64,000 nucleotides of DNA from an uncultured Gammaproteobacteria bacterium (GCA_964411255.1 CAYPKD010000001.1:71331-135330); one strand, 5' to 3'. Positions 28,450 through 38,957 are shown, counted from the first letter of the stretch. Notes: generated from the letters alone by a model not told the origin. A program made the numbers and translations.

Positions 28450-30804
28450 TTATTTAGCATTTAAAAATTTAATTACAGGTAATACTGAATCAGGATTCAA
28501 TGACATACTATCAATCTTATTTTCAACTAAAAACTTGGCGAAATCAGGAAAGTCTGATGGTGCTTGTCCGCAAATACCAATTTTTTTATTATTTTCTTTG
28601 GCAATTTTAATCACTTCAGCAATCATTTTTAAAACGCCAGCATCTTTTTCATTATAAATATGCTGAACAAACTCAGAATCGCGATCAACTCCCATCACAA
28701 ACTGAGTCAAATCATTAGATCCAATGCTAAAGCCGTCAAAAATCTTGACAAATTCTTCAGCCAGTAAAATATTGTTTGGAATTTCTACCATTACATAAAC
28801 CTCAACTCTCATTTTTTTTAATCCCTGCTCTTTAATTATTTGCAAAACCTTTTTTCCTTCTTCAATTGTGCGGCAAAACGGCACCATCACCTTAATATTG
28901 TTTAAGCCAAATTTTTTAACTGCCTTTTTAATTGCTTTGCATTCTAAAATAAAGGCTGGCTTAAATTTTGGATCATAATATCTGGATGCGCCCCGCCAGC
29001 CAAGCATTGGATTTGATTCCTCTGGCTCATACAATTCTCCACCGATCAGAGATCTGTATTCATTGGTTTTAAAATCTGAAAAGCGGACAATTACTTCTTT
29101 TGGATAAAATGCTGCAGCAATCTGTCCTATCCCTTCGGCAAGCTTATCAATAAAAAATTGTTTTTTGTTTTTATAATGCGGAGTAATTTTTTCAATCTTA
29201 TTTTTCAAACCCTGCGGTAACTTATCAAAATTAATTAAAGCCAATGGATGAATTTTTATATAATCACTAATTATAAACTCTTCACGAGCTAAGCCAACTC
29301 CTTTATTTGAAATAAATGATGAAGCAAATGCAATGTCAGGATTACCAATATTCATCATGATCTGAGTTCTTGGCATTTTCACTTTTTTCAAACTGACTTT
29401 AATTTTTCTAAATGGAAGTAACCCATTATAAACAAATCCTTCAACACCCTGGCTGCAATCAACAGTTACTTTTTTTCCTGTTTCCAAAACTTTTGTTGCC
29501 TTTTTTGTTCCAACCAATGCTGGGATTCCCAGTTCTCTGGAAACAATTGCTGCATGGCATGTTCTGCCTCCACTATCCGTAACAATGGCTGCAGCTTTTT
29601 TCATTGCTGGCTCCCAGGCCGGATCTGTCATCTTTGTAACCAAAACATCGCCCTGCTTTAAATTTTTCAACTGACTAACATTTTTAATTACTTTAACTGG
29701 CCCTTTTCCAATATTATTTCCAATAGCAATTCCATAAACCAAATGCCTAGATGGTTTTGACTTTAATCTGCATTGATATAAACCTTTTTTCGTTTTTGCT
29801 AAATGTACGGTTTCTGGCCTTGCCTGAACAATGTAAAGCTTGTTTTCAATCCCATCCTTTGCCCATTCAATGTCCATTGGCATTTTATATTGCTGTTCAA
29901 TAATTATCCCCCATTTTGTTAATTTCATTATTTCCGTATCGCTCAAAGCCAATTGATTTTTTTCTTTAATAGAGGTTCTCAAATTAACAGTCTTGTCTTT
30001 TTTATAAATCATTTTAAACTGCTTTTGACCAAGCTTCTTTTTTATAATTGATTTAAATCCTTTTTCCTGCGTTTGTTTGAATATAAAATACTCATCTGGA
30101 TCAATTCTGCCCTTAACCACGTTTTCTCCCAGACCAAGTCCAGCATTAATCATTATTAAATCCTTAAATCCACTTTCAGTTTCTAAAGTAAACATTACGC
30201 CAGCGCTGGCCTTGTCGCTTCGAACCATTTTTTGAATTCCTACAGAGACTAAGACTCCAGTCATTGGAAATCCTTTATCTTTTCGATAAGAAATCGCCCG
30301 GTCAGTATATAATGAAGCCATGCATTTTTTAATTTTTTCTAAAAGACTTTCAATTCCCTTAACATTTAAAAAAGATTCCAGCTGACCGGCAAAAGAAGCA
30401 GTTGGCAAATCTTCTGCTGTGGCAGAAGATCGAACTGCCACATCAGTTGCAGTATGTTTATATTGTTTGCTCAGTTTTTGATAAGCAATTTTAATTTCTT
30501 CTTTCATTTTTTCAGAAAATTCTCCTTGTTCAATCAATTCCCTGACAATCATGCCTCGCATTTGAAGATCTTGTACATTTCGTACATCAAGTCCTCTTAA
30601 AACTTTTTTTATTTTATTTGTTAATTTATTATATTTTAAAAATTCCTCATACCCTTTGGCAGTTAAAACAAAACCATTGGGCACAGGAATTCCCGCACTT
30701 TTTAACTTATTAAACATGTCACCAAGCATTGCGTTCTTTCCGCCAACCAAAGCCTGGTGCCGTTTTGTTATTTCATTAAAAAATTTAACGAATTTAGATT
30801 TCAT
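28450..30804 (-). CDS. ppsA: phosphoenolpyruvate synthase / PEP-utilizing enzyme
   Basis: ATP-grasp N-domain, phospho-histidine mobile domain TDSGGRTCHAAIVSRELGIPALVGT, and a PEP-utilizers TIM-barrel C-terminus. Confidence 0.85.
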   Translation of the reverse strand: MKSKFVKFFNEITKRHQALVGGKNAMLGDMFNKLKSAGIPVPNGFVLTAKGYEEFLKYNKLTNKIKKVLRGLDVRNVQDLQMRGMIVRELIEQGEFSEKMKEEIKIAYQKLSKQYKHTATDVAVRSSATAEDLPTASFAGQLESFLNVKGIESLLEKIKKCMASLYTDRAISYRKDKGFPMTGVLVSVGIQKMVRSDKASAGVMFTLETESGFKDLIMINAGLGLGENVVKGRIDPDEYFIFKQTQEKGFKSIIKKKLGQKQFKMIYKKDKTVNLRTSIKEKNQLALSDTEIMKLTKWGIIIEQQYKMPMDIEWAKDGIENKLYIVQARPETVHLAKTKKGLYQCRLKSKPSRHLVYGIAIGNNIGKGPVKVIKNVSQLKNLKQGDVLVTKMTDPAWEPAMKKAAAIVTDSGGRTCHAAIVSRELGIPALVGTKKATKVLETGKKVTVDCSQGVEGFVYNGLLPFRKIKVSLKKVKMPRTQIMMNIGNPDIAFASSFISNKGVGLAREEFIISDYIKIHPLALINFDKLPQGLKNKIEKITPHYKNKKQFFIDKLAEGIGQIAAAFYPKEVIVRFSDFKTNEYRSLIGGELYEPEESNPMLGWRGASRYYDPKFKPAFILECKAIKKAVKKFGLNNIKVMVPFCRTIEEGKKVLQIIKEQGLKKMRVEVYVMVEIPNNILLAEEFVKIFDGFSIGSNDLTQFVMGVDRDSEFVQHIYNEKDAGVLKMIAEVIKIAKENNKKIGICGQAPSDFPDFAKFLVENKIDSMSLNPDSVLPVIKFLNAK

Positions 30805-30816
30805 ATTTATTTTATT

Positions 30817-31233
30817 TTATCTTTTCGTTAAATGTTTGAATATAAATTTTTCTATAGCTAAAACTGTTTCATCTTTTAATTCTGCCGGACTTTGAGCAAT
30901 CCAAATTGTAAAATTATATAAGTCTTTTTCATCAACTTTAAGCCATTTATTATTTTTATATATGAATAATAGCAGCGTGGTGATTGCAATACGCTTATTA
31001 CCATTTTGAAAGGGATGATCTTTAATCATTAAATAAAAAAGAATCGCTGCCTTTTTTAGCAATCCCTTGTATAAAGTTTTGCCATGAAAAGATTGAAACG
31101 GCGTTATTAGGCAGCTTTCAAGAATATTTGGCCGGCGAGTGGAAAAATCCGGAATCGGTTCGCTAAATCCCAATTTTTCTTTAGCCACAGCAAATGAAAG
31201 ATATTCAACTTCTGCCAATGTAATTATTTTCAT
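30817..31233 (-). CDS. doc: Doc (death-on-curing) / Fic-fold toxin
   Basis: Doc motif HPFQNGNKRIAITT (HxFx(D/N)GNKR), ~138 aa. Confidence 0.75.
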   Translation of the reverse strand: MKIITLAEVEYLSFAVAKEKLGFSEPIPDFSTRRPNILESCLITPFQSFHGKTLYKGLLKKAAILFYLMIKDHPFQNGNKRIAITTLLLFIYKNNKWLKVDEKDLYNFTIWIAQSPAELKDETVLAIEKFIFKHLTKR

Positions 31234-31241
31234 ATATTACA

Positions 31242-31514
31242 TTACTCAGCAGATAATAATTTTAATGTTTCTCCGTATTCTTTAACTATTCTTCTCATCG
31301 CCTGATCAATTATTTTCTTTTCTTTTGCTTTTAATTCTGAACCATGAATAACTCCGAGTTCTCTTTTTGGAATAGCATAATTCCGGCCTATTTTAAACGC
31401 TTTAATTTGGCCTTTTTTAATTTTTTTAAATACAGCGACCCGGCTAATCTCTAATAAATCAGCCAATTCGCTAACCGAATAAAAATCGTTGTTTTTTGTA
31501 ATTTTCTTTGGCAT
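31242..31514 (-). CDS. HTH (excisionase/Xis-type) DNA-binding protein, putative antitoxin of Doc
   Basis: SVSELADLLEISRVAVFKKIKKGQIKAFKIGRNYAIPKREL helix-turn-helix. It sits immediately upstream of doc with an 8-nt gap. Confidence 0.6.
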   Translation of the reverse strand: MPKKITKNNDFYSVSELADLLEISRVAVFKKIKKGQIKAFKIGRNYAIPKRELGVIHGSELKAKEKKIIDQAMRRIVKEYGETLKLLSAE

Positions 31515-31637
31515 ATCTCTTGTTAACTTACTAATACAAGGTTAACATATGTTAACTTAACCGTCAAAATCGAATCCCCTTAGAAACCCAATTTTTAACC
31601 TTTTCGCCATAAAACAATAACTGTTTTTTTTGAAAAA

Positions 31638-31686
31638 GCCTTCTTTCCCCCTTAAGCCACCTTAAGCCTTCTCAAGCCCTCTTAAA
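31638..31686. repeat. GC-richer repeat family Z (cttaagcc/ctcaagccctct motif), copy 1
   Basis: gccttctttcccccttaagccaccttaagccttctcaagccctctt. Related copies lie at 39296-39364 (inverted) and 39811-39872. Confidence 0.45.
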
Positions 31687-31757
31687 TAATATTTTACCAT
31701 AATTTCATAAATCATGGAACATGGAACACATAGCATATAACAAAAAAGCACAGAACT

Positions 31758-32126
31758 TTATTCTGCGCTTTGGCAAACTAGACAATGCTCACAATTAGGC
31801 TTGGCTGTCTGATTACATTCATTAAGACACTCAACAAGTTGGTCGAATTCTTTGGACAACTCCTCGCAAACCTCAAGCTGCTGATGCTGTCTTTGAATGT
31901 GTACTGACATCCTATCTATCATGCTGCCTTCATCTATTCTGCCTGGATATAAGGGGGAACCATAGTTTTTTACTTCTTTTGCCATTGCTGATGATGATTC
32001 AATATTATCTCTAGAAAAAACATCAGGTTGTATAAATGGAGCAATGAGCAATATTGCAACAGCACCAACAAAAACTAACATAGAAATCACATATAATGCT
32101 CGAAGTGGACGATTATTATTTTCCAT
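31758..32126 (-). CDS. membrane-anchored Cys-rich small protein
   Basis: One N-terminal TM. The C-terminus is CEELSKEFDQLVECLNECNQTAKPNCEHCLVCQ. Confidence 0.5.
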   Translation of the reverse strand: MENNNRPLRALYVISMLVFVGAVAILLIAPFIQPDVFSRDNIESSSAMAKEVKNYGSPLYPGRIDEGSMIDRMSVHIQRQHQQLEVCEELSKEFDQLVECLNECNQTAKPNCEHCLVCQSAE

Positions 32127-32268
32127 GATGCCCTCCTTTGCTATTATTGAAAGAACACCCTAATTTAGCATTGTAATCCAATCTTGTCAAACGCTTTTAC
32201 TATGGAACACATAACATGTAATGAAAAACATTAAAATTTTATTTTTATTGCTTTATTTAATATTTTTT

Positions 32269-35200
32269 TTATTTTGCACTTTTGACTTCTCTCACCACCA
32301 CACACTTTTCAGTAATATTATACTCATTAAACTCATTTTTCTCATCCAGTTTTACTTTTTTTGCTTCTGAATATTTGTTTTGAAGATAATCTTCTAAATC
32401 TGGCCTATTGGTTAAAGCTCCTGAATCATGAACAGGTACTAATATTTTCTTTATGCCTCGCTTTTTTGCAATTTTTTCCATATAATCCAAAAATTTTTCA
32501 GTAAATTTTTCAGCTGACAAATTGGTAATTACATTTTGCTGAGGGTTAATGCCGCGCATGATCATTACTGGCTCACCTTCAACGGTTGATTCAATTATTA
32601 AGCAGCTACCAGCCAGACGCTGGTCTTTGCCTCTCGGATTTATAACAAATGCGCAGCCAATCATGTTAGGATTATTTTTCATAATATCATCCCTGGAAGT
32701 CCAGCAAGCATCGCCATAATATCCGCTTAATTCTGCCAACACATCTCTGGATGGCACAATCTCAATCTCAACCTTATTTCCTGATTCATGTTTTTGCAGC
32801 CTGGCCATTTCTTCTGACAATGCCCGGACTGATAAATTCCTAATCACTCTTTTTAGTTGCTTTTTATTTAAAGCTAGCCTGCTGCAGGTCTCTTCTTTTA
32901 TAATGTGATTTACAAATTCAATCATTTTTGAATAATTATCCCTGCTCAATTCTGGATTATTTAAAATATCTTGTATTGCTTCAAAAAATACTGGATTTGT
33001 CTGCATGCCTTCATAGATAACCAGCTGCCTAATGGCCGGTGAAGTAAAATTATTTTCTTTTTTTACTTTGTTTCTAATTTCAAAATCAATTAATAAATCT
33101 AAAAGATGTTTTCTGGTCTGTTCTTCTGAGTACAAAACAAAATCCCCATAAATGATTTTTTTTACTTCTACCAACAAGCCTTCAATTCTTACTAAATCAT
33201 AACGTAATTTTTGCACAATTTTTTCTCTTTTGTCTTCAGGCATTTTTTTCTCATGCATTTGCCTGAATTTTTCTTCAAGCCTGTCTCTTTCTTGCAAAAT
33301 ATAATCCTCTGCATAGAAATTTCCATAATCTTCTGCCTTTTTTATATCATCAATCAATTTTTTAAATCTTTGCTCTGAATCTGGAGAAAATTCAAACTCT
33401 TCCTGCCTTTTTAATCTTTCAACAAACATAAAATCTGACTCATATTCCTTTGGCATTGGCTTAATCTCACCAGCCTCTTTATCCCTTTTAATTCCTTCCA
33501 AAATCTCTTTAAAATCTTTTGACCGCTGCCATTCTGAAAATTCAAAATTGCTGGCATTTTTTAATATTTCTACAACCAAAGGATTTGAAATATCAATTCT
33601 TTCATAATCAAATTCTCCATTAAGGCTAAAAGCGGAAATTATTTCATCCATTTTTTTCTCAAATTCTTTTAAGCCTTGCTTTCCAGTATTAGTTACTCCT
33701 AATTTTTTCAATTCTGCTGTTAAAGGCTTTTGATTTAATAATAATTTGTAATTTTCAAAAATAACTGCTGAATCATATCTGCCAAATTGTTTAATATAAT
33801 CTCTAAAAAGCTTAACCTCTTCTTTTTTAACAATATCAATCTTATTATCCTTAATTAATGTTTCAAAAAATTTATTTATTCTACTAAAATTGTAGCCTTT
33901 GGCCAGCTCAGTTAAATCCAGGCCTAAATATGCTCTTATCTGTTTTTCATTCATATGCGCAAAAGCATATTTTAAAAAGCCATCATACTTTTCATTCTTA
34001 TTAATAAAATCAACAATCTGCTTCTTTAATTTATTAATTCTGTTATAACCCATTTGAATATCATCAACTTCTGATAAATAGGCAAATACTCTTTCAGATT
34101 TTTCGGTTTTCTCCTCAATAGATTGATTTATTTTTTTCAATTGATCAAATGCTTCAGTTATGGTTTGTTTGTTTTGCAATGCGAAAACTATTAGAAAAAT
34201 TTTTTCTTGTTGGTCTAGCTGCGTATATGGAAATTTTTTTCTAGTATATTCATAATTATACCAGTGTCTTCCAGATGATTTGTTTTTTTGCTTTTTAATG
34301 AGCTGATCCAATTCTTCCCACAGCTCTTTAGCCTTTGGCAAATCTTTTTCTTTAATATAAATCAATAATTGAAGATAATCAATATTTGATTTGATATATT
34401 CTAAAGCTTTTTTAGGATCAGAACCCAGTAATTTTCCAAAAAGCGCCCATTTTTCTTCTGGCATTTTTTCAAACATTGATTCAAATTGAACCACTCTGCT
34501 TTCTCCTGCATAATCTATCATTGCGTTCCATGCTTTCGAGCCCATTTTCAATCTAGCTCTGTGTATTTTTTTCATAATCTCCTGCTGTTCTTCTTCAGTA
34601 TAATCTATATCAAATGCATAATATGGAAGTGAATGACCTTTAATAACCTGAAGCAAAGACTTTTCGTTTTTCAGCCATGAAAAAGGTTTGATTCCTCTTT
34701 TTATTAAATCCCTAAAATATAACTGCTCTTTTCTTTTATCTTTAATCTGAAAACTATTGTAATTTCTAGCTAAAATATATGGATCCTGCTCCAGTATTTT
34801 ATCGCACAAATATATTTTAAGATTATCATCGAGTTTTATTTCTTTAATATTATAATTGGTAAATATTCTAATATCAGTATCAATTAATCGCTTTAGATAT
34901 TCATTTTTTTTACCTTTGCTTATTGGCAAATCCTTGAAAAAATATAAAATTGTATTTAAATTATCCAAATCCAAATCATCTGGGCCATATTTTTCTATTG
35001 ATATATCAATATATTCCAAAACAGTATTTATTTCATCTTCTGTTTTTGGTTTTGGTCTTAAGTCAAAATGAACTACTACATCTTCACTGTCAGCTTTTCT
35101 TTTTTCAAGCTGTTCTTCAAGAAACAACATTTGAACATCATCATCTGGTTCAAAATCAGCATCATCTGATGGAAATTCTAAATCAAAATTTAAACGAGCA

Positions 35201-36675
35201 GCTAAAAACTTAATATCAGCGTGAAAACTTTCCAAGCCTTTGTCTGCAAAATATTTTTCTGCTTCCTGTTTTTGCCATGTCCAACCATATTTTTCTTTGT
35301 ACTTTTTCAATTTGCTCTCATCATTTTTGATACTGGTGATCAATTGATCAATTTTCTGAACAAAATTTTTAATTGCCTGCTTTTTCACTAATTTAATTAT
35401 CTCTTCTAATTCTGGGAATTGACTAAAGTCCAAACCAGAGATATTATTCAACAGTTCAGCATCACTTAATTTTTGCTTTTCTATTGCTGTTAGCAAATTT
35501 TCTTCAAACTCCTGTCTTTGCTTTTTGGATATTACAATGCCTGCGCTTGCCTGCTCATATGCAGCAATAAAATCAAACGGATCTTTTTTAGATACTTTTT
35601 CTAAAAATTCAATTCTATCATTTTGCTTTAAGCCCAACTCTTCAGAATAAACCAAAGTTTCTCTGGGCAGCTTTTCAAATAATTTGCCCAGAATTTCTTT
35701 TCTGTTTGAAAAATCTTTAAATTCTATACTTTGACTTTGCATTACCATTACTAAAGGATCTTTTTGGGCAATCTCAAGCATTAATTTTTCTGCCTGCTTA
35801 TCTTCCAAATTAAATTCATCAAAATGATTAAGCACATAATCAGCTCCAACTATGTCTATCATCTTTTTCATTTTTTTAAGTTTTTCAGCCCTTGGTGTCT
35901 GATCTACCTTTTGCATTATTTGCCGCTTTATTCCGCTCTTCCCTTTTATTAATGCACCGCTTTGTAAAAAATCTGCTATTTTTTCATCCTTTTTCAAAAA
36001 AGGAATGGTTTGCTCAAAAAAATATTTCAATACTTTTGTTTTCTCAATATTATAATACGTTCGTTCTCCTAAGCCGTTTCTTATCTCTATAGCCCTATCT
36101 TTGGGAAGATAATATGTATCGTTGTTAAGATATTCAAAAATACGTTTAATCTGATTAGCTGCTAATATACGACCATTACGATTAGAAATATTTAATCTGT
36201 TTTCTCTATAAATATGATCATAATACCTTGCCTCAATATCCTTTAATTGCTCTCTTGCTTGTTCAGTCATATCAATTCTATCAATATATTTTCTAAAAAA
36301 TGTAATTGCTTCTGTTGAGCTAAAATCTATAGAATGCCTGATCGTTTCAAACAGCTTTTCTTTGTTTCTATCATCCAAAAATGCTTCTCTTGAGTATGCC
36401 AGGGCATTTATTACTCTTTCGATTTCTTTTTCTAGCCTATCATATTCTACTTCATTATCTGCTTTACTTTTTACAGTAAATTTTTCAGGCATTTTTTTTG
36501 GATCATAATAATCTGCAAAATCCTCAATCTGGTCAAAAATTTTCAAATCCTCTATTAACTGATCAAAATCATGCTCTTTTTTTTCTAAAGGCTTTTGTTC
36601 CCTCACTTTAGGTTTTTTAGGAGGTTTTTCAGCTGGCAATCCACCGCCAAAAACTTGTAATACTCTGTCTACCAT
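32269..36675 (-). CDS. giant (1468 aa) mostly alpha-helical K/E-rich protein with a distinct C-terminal ~200-aa Cys-containing domain, unknown function
   Basis: Single uninterrupted ORF with no TM or signal peptide. The C-terminal GYYGDACWTSRDD...GCAFVINP...GSCLIIEST block looks globular. Confidence 0.7.
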   Translation of the reverse strand: MVDRVLQVFGGGLPAEKPPKKPKVREQKPLEKKEHDFDQLIEDLKIFDQIEDFADYYDPKKMPEKFTVKSKADNEVEYDRLEKEIERVINALAYSREAFLDDRNKEKLFETIRHSIDFSSTEAITFFRKYIDRIDMTEQAREQLKDIEARYYDHIYRENRLNISNRNGRILAANQIKRIFEYLNNDTYYLPKDRAIEIRNGLGERTYYNIEKTKVLKYFFEQTIPFLKKDEKIADFLQSGALIKGKSGIKRQIMQKVDQTPRAEKLKKMKKMIDIVGADYVLNHFDEFNLEDKQAEKLMLEIAQKDPLVMVMQSQSIEFKDFSNRKEILGKLFEKLPRETLVYSEELGLKQNDRIEFLEKVSKKDPFDFIAAYEQASAGIVISKKQRQEFEENLLTAIEKQKLSDAELLNNISGLDFSQFPELEEIIKLVKKQAIKNFVQKIDQLITSIKNDESKLKKYKEKYGWTWQKQEAEKYFADKGLESFHADIKFLAARLNFDLEFPSDDADFEPDDDVQMLFLEEQLEKRKADSEDVVVHFDLRPKPKTEDEINTVLEYIDISIEKYGPDDLDLDNLNTILYFFKDLPISKGKKNEYLKRLIDTDIRIFTNYNIKEIKLDDNLKIYLCDKILEQDPYILARNYNSFQIKDKRKEQLYFRDLIKRGIKPFSWLKNEKSLLQVIKGHSLPYYAFDIDYTEEEQQEIMKKIHRARLKMGSKAWNAMIDYAGESRVVQFESMFEKMPEEKWALFGKLLGSDPKKALEYIKSNIDYLQLLIYIKEKDLPKAKELWEELDQLIKKQKNKSSGRHWYNYEYTRKKFPYTQLDQQEKIFLIVFALQNKQTITEAFDQLKKINQSIEEKTEKSERVFAYLSEVDDIQMGYNRINKLKKQIVDFINKNEKYDGFLKYAFAHMNEKQIRAYLGLDLTELAKGYNFSRINKFFETLIKDNKIDIVKKEEVKLFRDYIKQFGRYDSAVIFENYKLLLNQKPLTAELKKLGVTNTGKQGLKEFEKKMDEIISAFSLNGEFDYERIDISNPLVVEILKNASNFEFSEWQRSKDFKEILEGIKRDKEAGEIKPMPKEYESDFMFVERLKRQEEFEFSPDSEQRFKKLIDDIKKAEDYGNFYAEDYILQERDRLEEKFRQMHEKKMPEDKREKIVQKLRYDLVRIEGLLVEVKKIIYGDFVLYSEEQTRKHLLDLLIDFEIRNKVKKENNFTSPAIRQLVIYEGMQTNPVFFEAIQDILNNPELSRDNYSKMIEFVNHIIKEETCSRLALNKKQLKRVIRNLSVRALSEEMARLQKHESGNKVEIEIVPSRDVLAELSGYYGDACWTSRDDIMKNNPNMIGCAFVINPRGKDQRLAGSCLIIESTVEGEPVMIMRGINPQQNVITNLSAEKFTEKFLDYMEKIAKKRGIKKILVPVHDSGALTNRPDLEDYLQNKYSEAKKVKLDEKNEFNEYNITEKCVVVREVKSAK

Positions 36676-36755
36676 ATTTTGTAAAATTCACTGCTATTTT
36701 AGCATTTTTTTGGTAAAAAATAAAATTTACCATAAACAAAACACCATTCATCTAT

Positions 36756-36930
36756 AGCATCGGGGGTCTGGGGGGCTGATTGCCCCCGGCGCGAAAAATA
36801 AACTTAATCACTGCTTCGCATTTGAAGCCCCCCAGTGCTTTTTGCCTACTTTTTGGCAGCAAAAAGTAGGTCGGCGCAAGCCGAAATTGGTGAGAATAAA
36901 ATCAGGCCCTCAGGCCTGTATTGTAAAAAA
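36756..36930. repeat. GC-rich structured repeat element, family X copy 2
   Basis: Aligns with 6783-6980. The hairpin CCUACUUUUUGG-CA-GCAAAAAGUAGG carries compensatory substitutions relative to copy 1. Confidence 0.5.
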
Positions 36931-36952
36931 TTACATTAGCAAACAAATTTGA

Positions 36953-37417
36953 TTATAACTTTTCTATTTTTCCCACTGGCATCCGATCATGGCCAGTTAA
37001 TTTTGTATAAAAACCTGAAGACGGCTCAGTTAAAATATAAACTCGCTTTTTTCCATCTTGCTCAACCAATACTGCGTCAATCCCTTTTGGAGTAGCAAAC
37101 CATTTTTTCTTTTCAAAACCCTTCGTAGCTGGCACATGAACTTTTTTTGGTTTAAGCCAATTCCATCGGCCAGCAGCCAAACTTTCTGATCGACACCATC
37201 CAGTATGAGGCATTTTTATTTTTTTATCATCTCTGTTTCCCCATTCATATAAATTTACCTCTCCGTTTTCTTCAATAGGTACGCACGGCTTTTTTTGCCA
37301 AAAGAAAAACGAAATCTCATCGCCTTTTTTGTATTTTTCAAGCTCAGCATCAGTAAAACATTTTTTCACCTGAGCTTTTTTTAATTTTTCATAATAAATT
37401 GCAAATCCTGCGCACAT
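36953..37417 (-). CDS. hypothetical protein, possibly SRAP (SOS-response-associated peptidase)-like
   Basis: N-terminus MCAGFAIY (compare the SRAP MCGRFA Cys2 nucleophile) and C-terminal HDRMPV. It is shorter than canonical SRAP, so the assignment is tentative. Confidence 0.35.
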   Translation of the reverse strand: MCAGFAIYYEKLKKAQVKKCFTDAELEKYKKGDEISFFFWQKKPCVPIEENGEVNLYEWGNRDDKKIKMPHTGWCRSESLAAGRWNWLKPKKVHVPATKGFEKKKWFATPKGIDAVLVEQDGKKRVYILTEPSSGFYTKLTGHDRMPVGKIEKL

Positions 37418-37442
37418 AATAATTAGAAATTAGAAATTGGGA

Positions 37443-38882
37443 TTAACCAACCTCCTTAATCTCAACAAAGTTAACATTACCACTGCTGCCCACTGGCTCA
37501 CCAGCTACTAAAATCATTTTTTCTCCAGGCTTTATGAATTTTTCTCTTTTCAAATATGAAAGCGATCTTTCAATCAACTCTTCAACACTTTTACAGGTCG
37601 GAATAACAAACGGGATTGAACCCCAGGTTAAAATCAATTGCCTTTGTACTCTGTCATTATCGCAAGAGATTAAAATTGGCAACTCTGGCCTATACCTAGA
37701 AACCATCCGGCCAGTATAACCAGATAAAGAAGCGACCAAGATCACTTTAGCATCAACATGCTCTACCAGCATTCTAGCCACTCGGGCGATTGCCTTGTCA
37801 GTAGTTTCTAATTCCTTAACTTTTGTTTTCAAAACCAAATCATCATAAGTTGACTCCTCAGTCTTTTCAACAATTTTAGCCATGGTTTCAACTGTTTTAA
37901 TAGGGTATTTACCAGTCGCTGTTTCTCCTGATAACATCACCGCATCTGCATGGTCAATGACAGCATTAGCTACATCACTTACCTCAGCTCTGGTTGGCCG
38001 AGGATTTCTGATCATTGAATCTAGCATTTGGGTGGCCACAATTACCGGTTTGGCTGCTACTAATCCTTTATCAATCATTTCCTTTTGTCTTAACGGAACT
38101 TCCTCAGCTGGCAGCTCCACTCCCAAATCGCCTCTGGCCACCATTACTGCGTCTGTTGCATCTAAAATTTCCGGAAAATTTTTAATCGCTTCTTGCCTTT
38201 CAATTTTTACAATTATCTTAATTGGCTCTTGATCTTTTAATTTCAGTTGCTTTTCATAATCTTTTATTAAATAACGCAAATCATGAACATCTTTAGCAGA
38301 ACTAACAAATGATAAAGCTACAAAATCTACATTATTTTTTATTCCAAAAAATAAATCTTTTTTATCTTTTTCAGTTAAGGCTGAAATGCTTAAAGAAACA
38401 CCTGGCAAATTTATACCTTTATCTGAAAAAAGCTTGCCCCCGTTTAAAACTTTGCAATGAATGTCCTGGCCTTCAACTTTTTTTACTACAAAATCGAGCA
38501 AACCATCCACCAGCATGATGTGATCTCCGATTTTTACATCTTCATGTAAAAGGGAATAATCAATTGGAATTATCTTACTGGTGCCTTGTTTAACCTTTTT
38601 AGTAGTGACAATAACATTGCTGCCAGTTTTAACATCAGAGCCACGCTTAGGCATATTACCCACTCTTATTTTCGGCCCTTGCAAATCCTGAATGATACCA
38701 ATAGTCTTTTGTTCTGACTTAGCTACCTTTCTGATGTTACTAATCATTTTTTTATGATATGCATGAGTGCCATGAGAAAAATTAAGCCTGGCCAGGTTCA
38801 TTCCTGAATTGACCATTTTTTTTATTGTTTCAATTCTTTCTGTTGCCGGACCTAAAGTACAAATTATCTTTGTCCTTCTCAT
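37443..38882 (-). CDS. pyk: pyruvate kinase
   Basis: MRRTKIICTLGPA... is full-length PK-barrel plus C-terminal domain. Confidence 0.9.
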   Translation of the reverse strand: MRRTKIICTLGPATERIETIKKMVNSGMNLARLNFSHGTHAYHKKMISNIRKVAKSEQKTIGIIQDLQGPKIRVGNMPKRGSDVKTGSNVIVTTKKVKQGTSKIIPIDYSLLHEDVKIGDHIMLVDGLLDFVVKKVEGQDIHCKVLNGGKLFSDKGINLPGVSLSISALTEKDKKDLFFGIKNNVDFVALSFVSSAKDVHDLRYLIKDYEKQLKLKDQEPIKIIVKIERQEAIKNFPEILDATDAVMVARGDLGVELPAEEVPLRQKEMIDKGLVAAKPVIVATQMLDSMIRNPRPTRAEVSDVANAVIDHADAVMLSGETATGKYPIKTVETMAKIVEKTEESTYDDLVLKTKVKELETTDKAIARVARMLVEHVDAKVILVASLSGYTGRMVSRYRPELPILISCDNDRVQRQLILTWGSIPFVIPTCKSVEELIERSLSYLKREKFIKPGEKMILVAGEPVGSSGNVNFVEIKEVG

Positions 38883-38957
38883 AGATATGAAGTTTATAGT
38901 TATAAGCTGAAAGATTAAAGTTGAGTTATTTGTTAACTGTCAACTTACAATTTCCAA

